From contig CAVUZH010000014.1 of assembly GCA_963745835.1 (NCBI GenBank), positions 224,001 through 288,000 on the forward strand: a DNA stretch of 64,000 bases. Reading direction: 5' to 3'. Positions 39,137-49,469 of this stretch are shown piece after piece. This DNA comes from an uncultured delta proteobacterium (GTDB taxonomy: Bacteria > Desulfobacterota > Binatia > UBA9968). Each line of letters opens with the position of its first letter. Position 1 is the first letter of the stretch. A program made the translations under genes and the position numbers. A model generated the notes under the pieces. That model worked only from the letters and a program-made list of their open reading frames with translations. It was not told the origin of the DNA and did not search any database.

Positions 39137-40120
39137 ATGGGCTTAATGGTGCATGGCGAATGGCAGGACGACGATGCGATCCCGAGCGACGCGCGTGGCA
39201 ATTTCATCCGAGCCGCTTCTCGGTTCCGTCGCTGGATCACGGCCGATGGCGCAGCCGGACCCTCCGGCGACGGCGGTTTTAAAGCCGAACCTGGCCGCTA
39301 TCATCTATTCGTTTCTTACAACTGCCCCTGGGCGCATCGCGCAATCATCATGCGCAAGCTCAAGAAACTCGAAGATGTCGTTTCGATGTCTCTCGCCGAC
39401 CGACCCAAGACCGAAGGCTGGTCCTATTCCCGCGGAATAGACGATCTCCAACCATCTGCCGACGGTACTTTTCGCCTGCATCAAGTCTATAAAGCGGCTG
39501 ATGGCGATTACAGCGGCAAAGTGACCGTGCCAACCCTGTGGGACCGGGAGCGTCGCACTATCGTCAACAACGAATCATCGGAAATCATCCGCATGCTAAA
39601 TTCTGCGTTCGCCATGTGGACCGACGTGAAGTACGATTTTTATCCCGAAGGACTGCGTCACGAGATCGATTCGATCAACGATTTTGTTTACGAACACTTG
39701 AACAATGGCGTTTATCGCGCTGGCTTCGCCCGAAGCCAGCAGGCCTACGAAGAAGCGGCGCGAAAAGTATTTCACGGACTCGATACCCTGGACGAGAGAC
39801 TAGGCAGGACTCGTTATCTTGCCGGCGAACGAATCACCGAGACGGACTGGCGTGCCTTTCCCACCCTGCTGCGCTTCGATCTGGTTTACTACAGTCATTT
39901 CAAATGCAATTTGCGCCGGATTCAGGACTATCGTCATCTGGTAGAATATTTGCGCGAGCTTTATCAGTGGCCGGGAATCAGAGAGACCTTCGATCTCCAG
40001 AAGATCAAGGCCGGATACTACAGCCAGCGAAACATCAATCCCACCGGTATCGTGCCGATCGGACCCGATCTAGCTCACCTCGAACAGCCGCACAAGCGTG
40101 GATCTAACGTCTCGATTTAG
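39137..40120 (+). CDS. yqjG: glutathionyl-hydroquinone reductase (GST Xi class)
   Basis: GRYHL, CPWAHR, TVP.LWD..TIVNNESSEI, NNGVYRAGFA, INPTGIVP.GP. Confidence 0.92.
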   Translation: MGLMVHGEWQDDDAIPSDARGNFIRAASRFRRWITADGAAGPSGDGGFKAEPGRYHLFVSYNCPWAHRAIIMRKLKKLEDVVSMSLADRPKTEGWSYSRGIDDLQPSADGTFRLHQVYKAADGDYSGKVTVPTLWDRERRTIVNNESSEIIRMLNSAFAMWTDVKYDFYPEGLRHEIDSINDFVYEHLNNGVYRAGFARSQQAYEEAARKVFHGLDTLDERLGRTRYLAGERITETDWRAFPTLLRFDLVYYSHFKCNLRRIQDYRHLVEYLRELYQWPGIRETFDLQKIKAGYYSQRNINPTGIVPIGPDLAHLEQPHKRGSNVSI

Positions 40121-40231
40121 CCACCATCAAACCTCGCTCCCTCGCTTTCTCCTCTGATCTCGAGGACGGATATTCCGATAGCGCTTACCCTTAGGCTAAT
40201 CCGCGGGCTAATCCACCACGAATGGCGATGG

Positions 40232-40260
40232 TGTAAACCTTCCGCCGCAGAGCGCGTCTA
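40232..40260 (+). promoter_or_regulatory. ECF-sigma-type promoter
   Basis: TGTAAAC-N16-CGTCTA upstream of a Spy/CpxP-like gene. Confidence 0.5.
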
Positions 40261-40294
40261 ACCATTCAAATTCTTTCAACCCGAGGAGGGCTCT

Positions 40295-40822
40295 ATGAAA
40301 AAGGTTCGTTCGTTTATCGTTGGCACTGCCATTTTAACCGTGGCCACCGGCGCAGTCATGTCATCGCCATGGGCCACGTTCGCTCAGAATGAATCAGCAG
40401 GCAAAGGCGGTTTTGCGCACCGTCAGCGGATGCATCGCATGTCCGGCGCTGACGCGCCGCTGATCAGCATCGCGCTGAAGCATCGCACAGAATTGAATCT
40501 CTCGAACGAGCAAGTTGCAAGTCTGGAGAAGATCAGAGCTCACTACCAAGACCAGGGCGCTCCCCTTCAACAGCAGTTGCGAGCCTTCGAGGGCGAGATC
40601 TCGGAATTGCGCCAGCAAAGCCCGGCTAACTTGATCCAGATCAAGTTAAAGATCGAACAATCTGAGAAGCTTCGCTCGGAGCTGCGTTACCTGCGCGAAG
40701 AAGCGTTGGAAAACGGCAAATCGATCTTAACGGCAGCGCAGAAAGATCAGTTGAAGAACCTGGTCGGTTCGGATCATCGTGGGTTGCGAAAAAGACAGGG
40801 CCAAACTCCTAAACAAAGTTAA
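40295..40822 (+). CDS. Spy/CpxP-like periplasmic protein
   Basis: signal peptide; LNLSNEQ and ILTAAQ (LTXXQ) motifs. Confidence 0.82.
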   Translation: MKKVRSFIVGTAILTVATGAVMSSPWATFAQNESAGKGGFAHRQRMHRMSGADAPLISIALKHRTELNLSNEQVASLEKIRAHYQDQGAPLQQQLRAFEGEISELRQQSPANLIQIKLKIEQSEKLRSELRYLREEALENGKSILTAAQKDQLKNLVGSDHRGLRKRQGQTPKQS

Positions 40823-40837
40823 AGGTGGATCTTACAA

Positions 40838-40874
40838 GCAACCAGGCCCGAGGAAATCCCTCGGGCCTGGTTGT
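40838..40874. terminator. bidirectional hairpin terminator
   Basis: CAACCAGGCCCGAGG-AAATC-CCTCGGGCCTGGTTG between convergent genes. Confidence 0.8.
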
Positions 40875-40894
40875 TAACTCGCAATGATTCGATC

Positions 40895-41461
40895 CTAGGG
40901 AATTTGCGCCGACGTTCCAACTTTCCATAGGTACAGTGTGCGGGCATGAGTCAACTCGCCTGACGGATCCGACTTAGGATCGACATTTTCTACCTTGTTA
41001 GGGACCCATTCGTCGATATCGAAATCATGCGCGACCACCCGCGAGCCCGGCTGTAGCTGCTGCAACTTCGGCCGCATCTGATTGTTGAACCACTTGAACA
41101 TATAGAGTGTTACCACCGTCGCGTCGGAAATATCGACCGTGAGTCCATCCGCCGCACGGAACCGGACCAAGTGGCTAACATTTTCTTCGGCGGCTTTGCG
41201 GGTAGCATCCGCCACCAGCTTCGGGTTCATATCGATTCCGACTCCGCGAGCGCCATACTTCTTCGCCGCCTGAATCAGAATCCGGCCATCGCCGCTGCCC
41301 AAATCATAGATGAGGTCGTCTTTCTTCACTTCTGCGAGCTCGAGCATCCGGTCGACCACTATCATCGGCGACGGGACAAAAGGGATATCCTGCGCCCAGG
41401 CGGGGATGCACAAACCCAGAACCATAGCAGTTACAAAAACCCTCTTCACCAAGTGTTTCAT
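40895..41461 (-). CDS. exported SAM-dependent methyltransferase, FAM173/aKMT-like
   Basis: signal peptide ending AWA; PFVPSP, DLGSGDGR, VVTLY, RVVAHDF. Confidence 0.85.
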   Translation of the reverse strand: MKHLVKRVFVTAMVLGLCIPAWAQDIPFVPSPMIVVDRMLELAEVKKDDLIYDLGSGDGRILIQAAKKYGARGVGIDMNPKLVADATRKAAEENVSHLVRFRAADGLTVDISDATVVTLYMFKWFNNQMRPKLQQLQPGSRVVAHDFDIDEWVPNKVENVDPKSDPSGELTHARTLYLWKVGTSAQIP

Positions 41462-41486
41462 CGTAAGTATCTCTTTCCTTGAAGAT

Positions 41487-42587
41487 TTAGATTGCATAGA
41501 GCGCGCGGGCGTTGTCGCTGAGGATTTTACGTTTCACGTTTTCCGGCAAATCGGTTCGTTGCCTAAAGAGCTTGATCGCATCGATGTCGCTCGATATATC
41601 CGTATGGCCGTAATCGGTACCAACCACCAAGCAGTCCTCTCCCGCCTCATTTACGATATAGGGCAAATCGTCGGAGTTCTCGCAGGTCACGAACATACGA
41701 TACTCGCGCGCGATGTTGTCCCGCCATTCGCGCCCTAAAGTCTTGAAGCGGTTCTTAGCTTCGTGCAACACCCAAGGCAGCCACTGCGAACTGGCTTCGA
41801 CAAAGCCCCATCTCAGCTTGGGGAACTGGTGTGGTATTTCGCTGAGCAGTACATCATTGAAAGCCGCCACTGTCGGTATTCTAAAACGATGCAAGGTGGC
41901 GGCAATCGGCACCGGATGGCGATAGAGATCATTGAGCCAGGCGCTGCCATTGGCAATGTGAACGGCGATAGCCATGTCGAGCTTTTGCGCTTCGTCATAG
42001 ACCGGGTAGAAATAGGGATCCGCCAGCAAGCGCGTGCCTTCCACCGGGCGCATCAGTACCGCGCACGCGCCGTTCTCCTTGGCAAAGCGAATCTGATCCA
42101 GCGCGTCGGTCATGCTCAGGGTCGGCGCCATACAGGACCAGCGCAGGCGACCTTTGCCCTGGCGCCAAATATCAGCCAGCCAGCGGTTCCAACTTTTGCA
42201 CAGCGCAACCTCTACCGGAACCCGTTCAGTCGCAGACTCAATGAACATCGTGTTGTGCAGCACCTGAATGTCCACGCCGCTCTGGTCCATATAATCTATG
42301 CGCAAGTCGACATTGCCCATTTCACGAGACTCTTGGACGTCCGCAAACTTGCGACCGACCTGATGAGAACGCCGTTCCAACTCTTCGGCAGAAAAAGCCG
42401 GGAAGCGAAATCCTCTCACTTTCCCGTCGATAAGCCAGAATTGCAGCTTGACGCCGGCATCTTCGCGGCTCTCCAAAGGTTGCGGTCGATACTGCCGGTC
42501 CGATGGATCAAGATAGTCCCAGGTATGATCCGACTCGACGACGTGAGCATCGGCATCGATGATCAGATCAGTCGCAGTGCTCGCCAT
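41487..42587 (-). CDS. amidohydrolase_2 family protein
   Basis: IDADAH, AVH, GTDYGH; GGAGG RBS before ATG 42587. Confidence 0.9.
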   Translation of the reverse strand: MASTATDLIIDADAHVVESDHTWDYLDPSDRQYRPQPLESREDAGVKLQFWLIDGKVRGFRFPAFSAEELERRSHQVGRKFADVQESREMGNVDLRIDYMDQSGVDIQVLHNTMFIESATERVPVEVALCKSWNRWLADIWRQGKGRLRWSCMAPTLSMTDALDQIRFAKENGACAVLMRPVEGTRLLADPYFYPVYDEAQKLDMAIAVHIANGSAWLNDLYRHPVPIAATLHRFRIPTVAAFNDVLLSEIPHQFPKLRWGFVEASSQWLPWVLHEAKNRFKTLGREWRDNIAREYRMFVTCENSDDLPYIVNEAGEDCLVVGTDYGHTDISSDIDAIKLFRQRTDLPENVKRKILSDNARALYAI

Positions 42588-42844
42588 GTTCGTTTCCTCC
42601 GCAGGTATATTCAATCTTCGAACATATGGGATGCTGCGCGGGCATGTCAACCCGTTCACCGCGCGATGAATAAACGTGGGACCAGCAGCCGATTTCCTCC
42701 GGCCGCTCGCGATGAACCGCCTTCGGTTTACTCCTCCATCTCGTTGGAATTGATTCCACTCCGACTTTGAACAGTAGAATCTTTTACCTCTATGGCTTGC
42801 CCGGCCTTGAACGTTGAACGTTTGAATCGGTGAACGGGATTTAT

Positions 42845-43666
42845 TTATTTTGTCCGTGTCGCCTTCCAACTTCCCGACCCGCTCTTCCCTTCTATGACAT
42901 TCCCGTTGACCCGGCCGGTGTACTGATTGCCGCCGGCGGTGAAAACGATTTGATCGCCGATCATCTTGCCGTTACTGATCTGCGCAACGCTGTTGCCGGT
43001 CTTGATCGTGCCGGAAAGCATCTGAAAGGTTTGCTTCAAGCTCAGCTCTCCTTGCGGTAGTTGCCAGGCCCCTTCTACCTTGGCCGGGACAATCCATAGA
43101 AGGGCGGTGCACCAGTGATCGCACTCGCCTCCGACCGTGGCGCTTTCGTCCGCTTCCCACTCGGCCATCGTAAACGAGTTCGAGACGATGCGCGTTCCGG
43201 GCTTGAGATCGAGAATCTTTGGCCGGAGTTTCAAATTTATCTGCGGCAGAAGAAACATCGTGATCACCTGGGCTTCAGAGAAATCGCTTTCAAACAGGTC
43301 GGCTTTGACAAACGTCGCCTTGTCGCTCACGCCCGCTTTGGCGGCGTTGCTCTTCGACAGCTCGACCATGTCCGGATTGTATTCGATGCCGTGCGCGCGC
43401 AGGCCGCGCTTGGCCGCGGTGATCACGGTGCGCCCGTCACCCGAGCCCAGGTCAATCAGATAATCCTTGGGCGTCACTTTGGCCATGTCGAGCATCTTAT
43501 CGACTAATTCCTGAGGCGTCGGCACCCACACCACATCTTTACCCTGTTGGCCGACTCTGGGCTCGTAGCTTTGGCTTTTCGGCTGCGGCTGAGCACCGGC
43601 ACATGCGGCGAAAACCGAAACCCAAAGCGCCAAAAGCAACGGCCGAGACCTTCGAAAAATATTCAT
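42845..43666 (-). CDS. exported (possible lipoprotein) FAM173-like methyltransferase with C-terminal beta domain
   Basis: h-region ending FAAC; DVVWVPTP, DLGSGDGR, TMFLL, RIVSNSF; CxxxC; VPAKVEG.W beta domain. Confidence 0.88.
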   Translation of the reverse strand: MNIFRRSRPLLLALWVSVFAACAGAQPQPKSQSYEPRVGQQGKDVVWVPTPQELVDKMLDMAKVTPKDYLIDLGSGDGRTVITAAKRGLRAHGIEYNPDMVELSKSNAAKAGVSDKATFVKADLFESDFSEAQVITMFLLPQINLKLRPKILDLKPGTRIVSNSFTMAEWEADESATVGGECDHWCTALLWIVPAKVEGAWQLPQGELSLKQTFQMLSGTIKTGNSVAQISNGKMIGDQIVFTAGGNQYTGRVNGNVIEGKSGSGSWKATRTK

Positions 43667-43709
43667 GATGATCTCCTGTGTTCAGTTCGATGAATCCAAA
43701 AGCATAAGT

Positions 43710-44534
43710 TTATTTACCGGCGCGGCTGGCTTTGAAACTGCCGCCGGACTTCGAGTTTCCCTCGATGGTGTTACCGCTGATCCGGCCCTGATATTCCGTG
43801 CCGCCAGCCGAGAATCTGATCTGATCGCCGGTGATCTTGCCGTTTAGCGGTAGAACTTTGTTGCCGATCTTTAAGGTGCCCGAGACCATCTGGAACGTTT
43901 GTTTCAAAGTGAGCTCTCCCTGCGACAGCTGCCAGGTACCGTCCACTTTGGCGGGAACGATCCAGAGATATGCCGTGCAATAGGAGGCGCAGTCATTTTT
44001 GACGTTGGCAGTTTCATCCGCCTGCCATTCGCCCATGGTAAACGAATTCGAAACCACTCGAGTGCCTGATTTAAGATTGAGCAGCTTGGGACGCAACTTT
44101 AAATTGATGTCCGGCAGCAAAAACATCGTGATGACCTGCGCCTGGGAGAGATCGGCTTCGAACAAATCCGCTTTCATGAAGGCGGATTTGTCGCTAACAC
44201 CTTCCTTCGCCGCATTGCGTTTGGACAGCTCCACCATATCGGGATTGTATTCAATGCCGAGCGCTTTGGCGCCGCGCTTCGCCGCGGTGATGACGGTGCG
44301 GCCATCGCCCGAGCCAAGATCGATCACATAATCCTGCGGCGTCACCTTGGCCATGTCGAGCATCTTTTCCACCAGCTCCTGCGGCGTCGGCACCCAGATC
44401 ACGTCTTTACCCTCCTGGCCGACTTCGGGTTTGAATTCCTGCTTGGCCGGCTGCGCCTGAGCGGCGGCGCCGGCGCTCAGCGCCGCCAGAAACAGCGCGA
44501 AAAAAACTCGACGCCAGACACGCGATGCGTTCAT
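43710..44534 (-). CDS. exported FAM173-like methyltransferase, tandem paralog of 42845-43666
   Basis: signal ending AQA; same motifs, CASYC. Confidence 0.88.
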   Translation of the reverse strand: MNASRVWRRVFFALFLAALSAGAAAQAQPAKQEFKPEVGQEGKDVIWVPTPQELVEKMLDMAKVTPQDYVIDLGSGDGRTVITAAKRGAKALGIEYNPDMVELSKRNAAKEGVSDKSAFMKADLFEADLSQAQVITMFLLPDINLKLRPKLLNLKSGTRVVSNSFTMGEWQADETANVKNDCASYCTAYLWIVPAKVDGTWQLSQGELTLKQTFQMVSGTLKIGNKVLPLNGKITGDQIRFSAGGTEYQGRISGNTIEGNSKSGGSFKASRAGK

Positions 44535-44749
44535 GTGGATCTCCTGTTTTGTTTGGTAAAATTCCAAATCTGGAGAGTCGCACGCGAACGGGAAAATGTC
44601 CAGTTTGCCGCTGATTCACTTTAAGCAATGCCGTGCGGTGGACAATGATTCCTATTTGCTTCCACCATTCTTTCGATATAGAAAAATTGCTGCGAACCAG
44701 CAGCCGGTTCATCGAACCAAATCACCCAGCCACTTAGGAGGACATTCAC

Positions 44750-45904
44750 ATGCGGCAACGATCCGACTATCCGACATTTTCCGATCAGGAGGTCGCCAGC
44801 AGACATCAATCGGTTTACCGGCTCATGGAACAGGAGAACGTCGATGCGCTTCTCGTCTACGGCAGCGGGCGCTACGCCTCGGACGTCTATTGGTTAAGCG
44901 ATTGGCCGAGCAGCCGCGAAGCCTATGTGCTTTTTCAAATCGGCAAAGAGCCGGTGATCCTGATGCAGCTGTTCAACCATTTTCCAATGGCCAAAGTGAT
45001 GTCTGTGATTAAAGACGTGCGCTGGGCCGGAGCGAACACCACCATCAGCGTCCTCGAACTCATCCGTGAGCGCGGCTTGGAGTCCAAGAGGATCGGTCTC
45101 GTCGGTTCGATTCCATTTCAAGTCTATGTGAAGATCGCGGAGCAATTTCGCGGCGCCGCCTTTAGCGATCTCAGCGGCAAATTGCGGATGATGCGCACCA
45201 TCAGGAGCGCGGAGGAAATCGAGCGTATCCGCTTTGCTTCCAAGCTAACCGATGAATCGATTGAGGCATTGTCCACTGACCTCAAAGCCGGAATGCGCGA
45301 GGACGAGATTGCCGCGCTGATCGAGCCAGCTTACCTCAAGAGAGGCGGTTACGCCGGTATTCACTTTATGAGCAGCATGCCGATGCGCGATCCGGATTTC
45401 CCGGTACCGGCGCAGTTCCAGTCCAGTCGCAAGCTGCAAAAAGGTGATTGCCTGATTACCGAAATCAGCGGCGCCTATTCAGGCTACAGCGGGCAGATTC
45501 ACCGGACGTTTTCCATCGGCGAGGGGCCCACCCCGGAATGGCAGAAGATGCACGCCGCGGCCGTCGAAGCCTTCCAAGTTCTTGCCGGGGTGATTAAGGA
45601 CGGCGCCACCACCACCGAAGCCGAAGAAGCCGCGGAGATCATTCACCGGCGCGGTTACAGCACTTATGACGATCTGGTCCACGGCGTTAACCAGTATCCG
45701 CCGATCTTTCAAACCAAAACCAGAAAGCGACATGATTCGAAGGAAATGGTTTTTCGCGAAAATATGGTAATCGTCATCCAACCCAACCTCATCACCGAAG
45801 ATGAAAAGATGGGACTGCAATTCGGCGAAACCTTGGTGGTCACGAAAAAAAGCTGCGAGACTTTGAATGCCTATCCGCGAGAATGGGTTACCTGTCTGGG
45901 GTAA
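44750..45904 (+). CDS. M24 (Xaa-Pro peptidase/creatinase fold) protein with altered metal site
   Basis: R.IRS.EEI, GY.GQI.RT, HG, QP, GET. Confidence 0.85.
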   Translation: MRQRSDYPTFSDQEVASRHQSVYRLMEQENVDALLVYGSGRYASDVYWLSDWPSSREAYVLFQIGKEPVILMQLFNHFPMAKVMSVIKDVRWAGANTTISVLELIRERGLESKRIGLVGSIPFQVYVKIAEQFRGAAFSDLSGKLRMMRTIRSAEEIERIRFASKLTDESIEALSTDLKAGMREDEIAALIEPAYLKRGGYAGIHFMSSMPMRDPDFPVPAQFQSSRKLQKGDCLITEISGAYSGYSGQIHRTFSIGEGPTPEWQKMHAAAVEAFQVLAGVIKDGATTTEAEEAAEIIHRRGYSTYDDLVHGVNQYPPIFQTKTRKRHDSKEMVFRENMVIVIQPNLITEDEKMGLQFGETLVVTKKSCETLNAYPREWVTCLG

Positions 45905-45924
45905 CACGAAACGTACAGAGGAGG

Positions 45925-46803
45925 TTACGGCACCAGGGATATCGCGATCGTTCCGCCGACGACAGATAACGCGCCAGCGATGGTGCGCAAGCTTAAGCCT
46001 TCGATGCCGCGCAGGAACAGCCAGGTGCCCAATAAAATCCACAAGGGACTCGTGGCGACGATCGGCGAGACGATGACCACCGCGCCGGCGCTCAGAGCGG
46101 CAATTACCAAGACGATTCCCAAAGTTTCAAACACACCGGCGAACAAAAACGCGCCCATCGACTGCCGGTTCCAGACCGGTTGCTCTGCTCCTTGCCTGGG
46201 CAAAACGACATAGCTAGCAAGCCACGGGAGCGCGACGACACCGATTACCGCGGCGAGATACAGGGGTTCATTGGCCAGACCCAGTGCATAACGACGCAGC
46301 GGATGGCTGATCCCTGCCAGAAAAGCAGCGCCGAGCGGATAACCGATATGCCGCCAGCGAAAGGTTGTGCGTTGCGCTTCGGTTTGCCATGAGATCAATG
46401 TAATCCCACCGACGATCAGGACCGTGCCGGCGATCACCGGCACAGTCGCCTGTTCGCCAAGAAAGATGATAGCCAACGATGTGCTGAACAGTGGATGCGC
46501 GCCGCGCAAGGTCGTGCCGCGCGAGGCGCCGATGTAATGGATACCGGCGTAGGTGAACAGCCGAATGATCGGCTGAAGCGTCCCGGTAAGAGCAAACAGG
46601 AACAACACCCACCACGATACCGCGGGAATACCGCCGGTCAGCAACACGGCGGCCGACAGTGTCACTGCATGAATCGTGACCGAGACCAGGGTGACCGTGA
46701 TCGGCGTCGAGTAACGCAAGCCGCGCTTGGCGGCTATTCCCGAAGCGGCGTAAGAAAGGGATGCCGCCAGGGCGATAAGTTGAGCTGGAATGTCGAACCA
46801 CAT
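45925..46803 (-). CDS. DMT/EamA transporter
   Basis: two EamA repeats, about 10 TMs, PLFST.LA..FLGE. Confidence 0.88.
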   Translation of the reverse strand: MWFDIPAQLIALAASLSYAASGIAAKRGLRYSTPITVTLVSVTIHAVTLSAAVLLTGGIPAVSWWVLFLFALTGTLQPIIRLFTYAGIHYIGASRGTTLRGAHPLFSTSLAIIFLGEQATVPVIAGTVLIVGGITLISWQTEAQRTTFRWRHIGYPLGAAFLAGISHPLRRYALGLANEPLYLAAVIGVVALPWLASYVVLPRQGAEQPVWNRQSMGAFLFAGVFETLGIVLVIAALSAGAVVIVSPIVATSPLWILLGTWLFLRGIEGLSLRTIAGALSVVGGTIAISLVP

Positions 46804-46841
46804 TGAGCTGCGCGGAGCTGCGAGAGTGGCAAAGGCGAAGA

Positions 46842-47849
46842 TTACTTTTCCATTTCGCGGCGAATCGCATCGGCAAATTGACTGGTGCTGGCGGATCCGC
46901 CGAGATCCCGGGTCAGACACTCGCCTCGGGCTAGCACGGCGTGCAGCGCCATCCGCAGGCGGGCAGCAGCCTTCGGTTCCGAAATGTAGTCGAGCATCAT
47001 GGTGGCGGCCAATACGATCGCCGTCGGATTGGCGATGTTTTTTCCTTTGATATCCGGCGCGCTGCCGTGAACACTTTCAAAGAGCGCATGGGTATCGCCG
47101 AGATTGGCGCCGGGAACTACTCCCAGCCCGCCGACCAACCCAGCCGCCAGATCCGAGACGATGTCGCCGTAAAGATTCTCCAGCAATAGGACATCGAGAC
47201 GGGTCGGATCCAAAACCAGTTGCAGGCAGGCGTTATCGACGATTAGATCGCTAAAACCGATCTTTTTGTATTTTTGTGACATATCTCTGGCGCATTGTAA
47301 GAATAGGCCGTCGGTGAGCTTCATGATGTTGGCCTTGTGCACCGCGGCGATTTTTTTTCGGCCGTTGGCGACGGCATAATCAAAAGCAAACTTGGCGATA
47401 CGCGTAGAAGCCTTTTCGGTGATGATTTTCAGACTCTCCATCACCCCGGGCACCACTTCGTGCTCGATACCCGAATAGAGCCCCTCGGTATTCTCGCGAA
47501 CAACGATCAAATCGACATTTTCATAGCGGGCTTTGACACCGGGAAGATTTTTAATCGGCCTGAGATTGGCGTAGAGATCAAAACTCTGGCGCAGTTCGAC
47601 ATTGACGCTGGCAAAGCCTTCGCCGACCGGTGTTGTCACCGGTCCTTTGAGAGCGACTCTGTTTTTGGCAAACGAGTCCATCATCTGCTTCGGCAACGTG
47701 GTTCGGTGTTTTTTCAATGCGTCGGCGCCGGCCAGGTGGCTGTCCCATTCGATGTTAACTCCCGCGGCTTCAATCAGTTTTAAAGTGGGTTTCATTACTT
47801 CGGGGCCGATTCCGTCGCCCGGTATCAACGTGATCCTGTGTCTTTTCAC
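46842..47849 (-). CDS. isocitrate/isopropylmalate dehydrogenase family (NAD-IDH-like)
   Basis: GDGIGPEV, SVNV.LR, RENTEGLY, VHKANIMK, NLYGDIVSD, HGSAPDI. Confidence 0.9.
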   Translation of the reverse strand: MKRHRITLIPGDGIGPEVMKPTLKLIEAAGVNIEWDSHLAGADALKKHRTTLPKQMMDSFAKNRVALKGPVTTPVGEGFASVNVELRQSFDLYANLRPIKNLPGVKARYENVDLIVVRENTEGLYSGIEHEVVPGVMESLKIITEKASTRIAKFAFDYAVANGRKKIAAVHKANIMKLTDGLFLQCARDMSQKYKKIGFSDLIVDNACLQLVLDPTRLDVLLLENLYGDIVSDLAAGLVGGLGVVPGANLGDTHALFESVHGSAPDIKGKNIANPTAIVLAATMMLDYISEPKAAARLRMALHAVLARGECLTRDLGGSASTSQFADAIRREMEK

Positions 47850-47951
47850 TCGCAGTCCTTCCGTGTCATGAATGCTGCAGGCGGTAATCCTTTAATTTAT
47901 ACACGATCCGCCCGCCAAATAGCAGCGCATCGTTCTCACATGATGCAGACG

Positions 47952-47982
47952 TTGACATTATCGTTCACCGTCAGCTAGCGTG
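47952..47982 (+). promoter_or_regulatory. sigma70-like promoter overlapped by TGAC-N13-GTCA palindrome
   Basis: TTGACA..GTCAGCTAGCGT; same layout at 52458. Confidence 0.5.
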
Positions 47983-48106
47983 AAGTTGATCCAAAAGAGC
48001 ACAAAAACCAAACGATCCTTGCGCAGTTAACCGCTCCAGGGCGCGCGTCAGTTCCAAGCAACCGCGTCGTGAAGATGACTGTCGTCGGGCCGGACCATCA
48101 CACGAT

Positions 48107-49408
48107 ATGTTTGACAAAATCACGGCTCGATCCAAGGGATTTTTTTACGGCTGGTGGATGGTGGCCGTGGGTTGCGGCATGCGCATGCTCGGCGGCGGCT
48201 TTCATCTCTACGGCTTTACGATTTTTTTCTTGCCGATCACCCAAGAGTTGGGCTTGACTCGAGCGGCGACTTCCCTGGTCTTCTCGTTAGCCCGGGCTGA
48301 AGGCGCCATCGAAGGGCCGTTGGCGGGTTACTTAATCGATCGCTTCGGGCCGCGCCCGATGATGCTGGCGGGGGTGATCTTGTCAGGCGTAGGTTACATG
48401 CTGCTCGCCGGAGTCGAAACCTATTATGGCTTGATCGCGATCTATCTGGGCGTGATCTCATTATCCTTCTCGGCCGGCTTCATGCATTCTCCCATGGTCC
48501 TCGCCAATAGCTGGTTCATCCGGCGCAGGGCCTTGGCGATGACCTTGATCAGCAGCTCCATCGGTATCGGCGGTACTCTGATCACACCACTGCTGGCCTT
48601 CAGCGTCCAGACCTGGGGTTGGCGTTATGGAGCTTTTTTGTCCGGCCTCGGATTGATCCTGATCGGCGTGCCTGTGGCGCTCCTGGTCAAACGTTCACCC
48701 GAAAGCATGGGCTTGGCGCCCGACGGTGCCGCGCCGGAAGAGAAAGACGCGACGGCGGTCAAAACCACACGTAAAGCTAACCGGCACGTTAATGAGGATG
48801 AAATTGAGTTCACTCTTCGGCAAGCGATGCGCACCGCCGCCTTCTGGATCATGATCCTGGCCACCACCACGCGAGTTGGCGTGTTCAATGCGATTACGGT
48901 TCACTTCGTGCCGATCATGGTCTGGAAAGGCGCGAGCGAGCAGCGCGCCGCGGCGCTGCTGGCGACGATGGCGCTGATGAGTTTACCATCGCATTTGCTG
49001 GTCGGCTGGATTGCGGATCATGTCAGCAAACCACGGCTGATGGCGGCTTGCATGGGCGTGGGCGCGCTGTCGATTGCCTTCTTGGCCTATGGCGAAGGAG
49101 AATGGTCACTCTGGATGTTCGTTCTACTCTTTACGATCATGGAAGCAATCTTTCCGGTCGGCTGGGCAACCGTAGGCGATTTTTTTGGCCGAAAATCTTT
49201 CGCGACGATCCGCGGCACGATGAGTTTTTTCTACTTATGGGGACCTGCGCTGGGGCCTGTCATCACCGGCGCGATCTATGATCGATATCAAAGTTATGCG
49301 CCGATGATGTCGGTGTATATCGCGCTGTCGGTGATCGCGGGCTGCCTCTATGCAATGATGGCCCCGCCGAAGCGCGCTAACCTGTCGGCTGCTGAATCAG
49401 CCTCATAG
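48107..49408 (+). CDS. MFS transporter (OFA/MCT-like)
   Basis: FYGWW, G.LIDRFGPR, WF.RRRA.A, GAIYDR. Confidence 0.92.
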   Translation: MFDKITARSKGFFYGWWMVAVGCGMRMLGGGFHLYGFTIFFLPITQELGLTRAATSLVFSLARAEGAIEGPLAGYLIDRFGPRPMMLAGVILSGVGYMLLAGVETYYGLIAIYLGVISLSFSAGFMHSPMVLANSWFIRRRALAMTLISSSIGIGGTLITPLLAFSVQTWGWRYGAFLSGLGLILIGVPVALLVKRSPESMGLAPDGAAPEEKDATAVKTTRKANRHVNEDEIEFTLRQAMRTAAFWIMILATTTRVGVFNAITVHFVPIMVWKGASEQRAAALLATMALMSLPSHLLVGWIADHVSKPRLMAACMGVGALSIAFLAYGEGEWSLWMFVLLFTIMEAIFPVGWATVGDFFGRKSFATIRGTMSFFYLWGPALGPVITGAIYDRYQSYAPMMSVYIALSVIAGCLYAMMAPPKRANLSAAESAS

Positions 49409-49469
49409 GTTTCGCTGCACTCGTTCGGATCGCTTCAACGTACTGAAGCGTACGCCTTATATTACTGTA

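Noticed and set aside
41763-42770. 335-aa plus-strand ORF (likewise 16996-17736, 19183-19878, 13823-14494, 21708-22466)
   Set aside because: Antisense to well-supported genes; typical of GC-rich codon bias.
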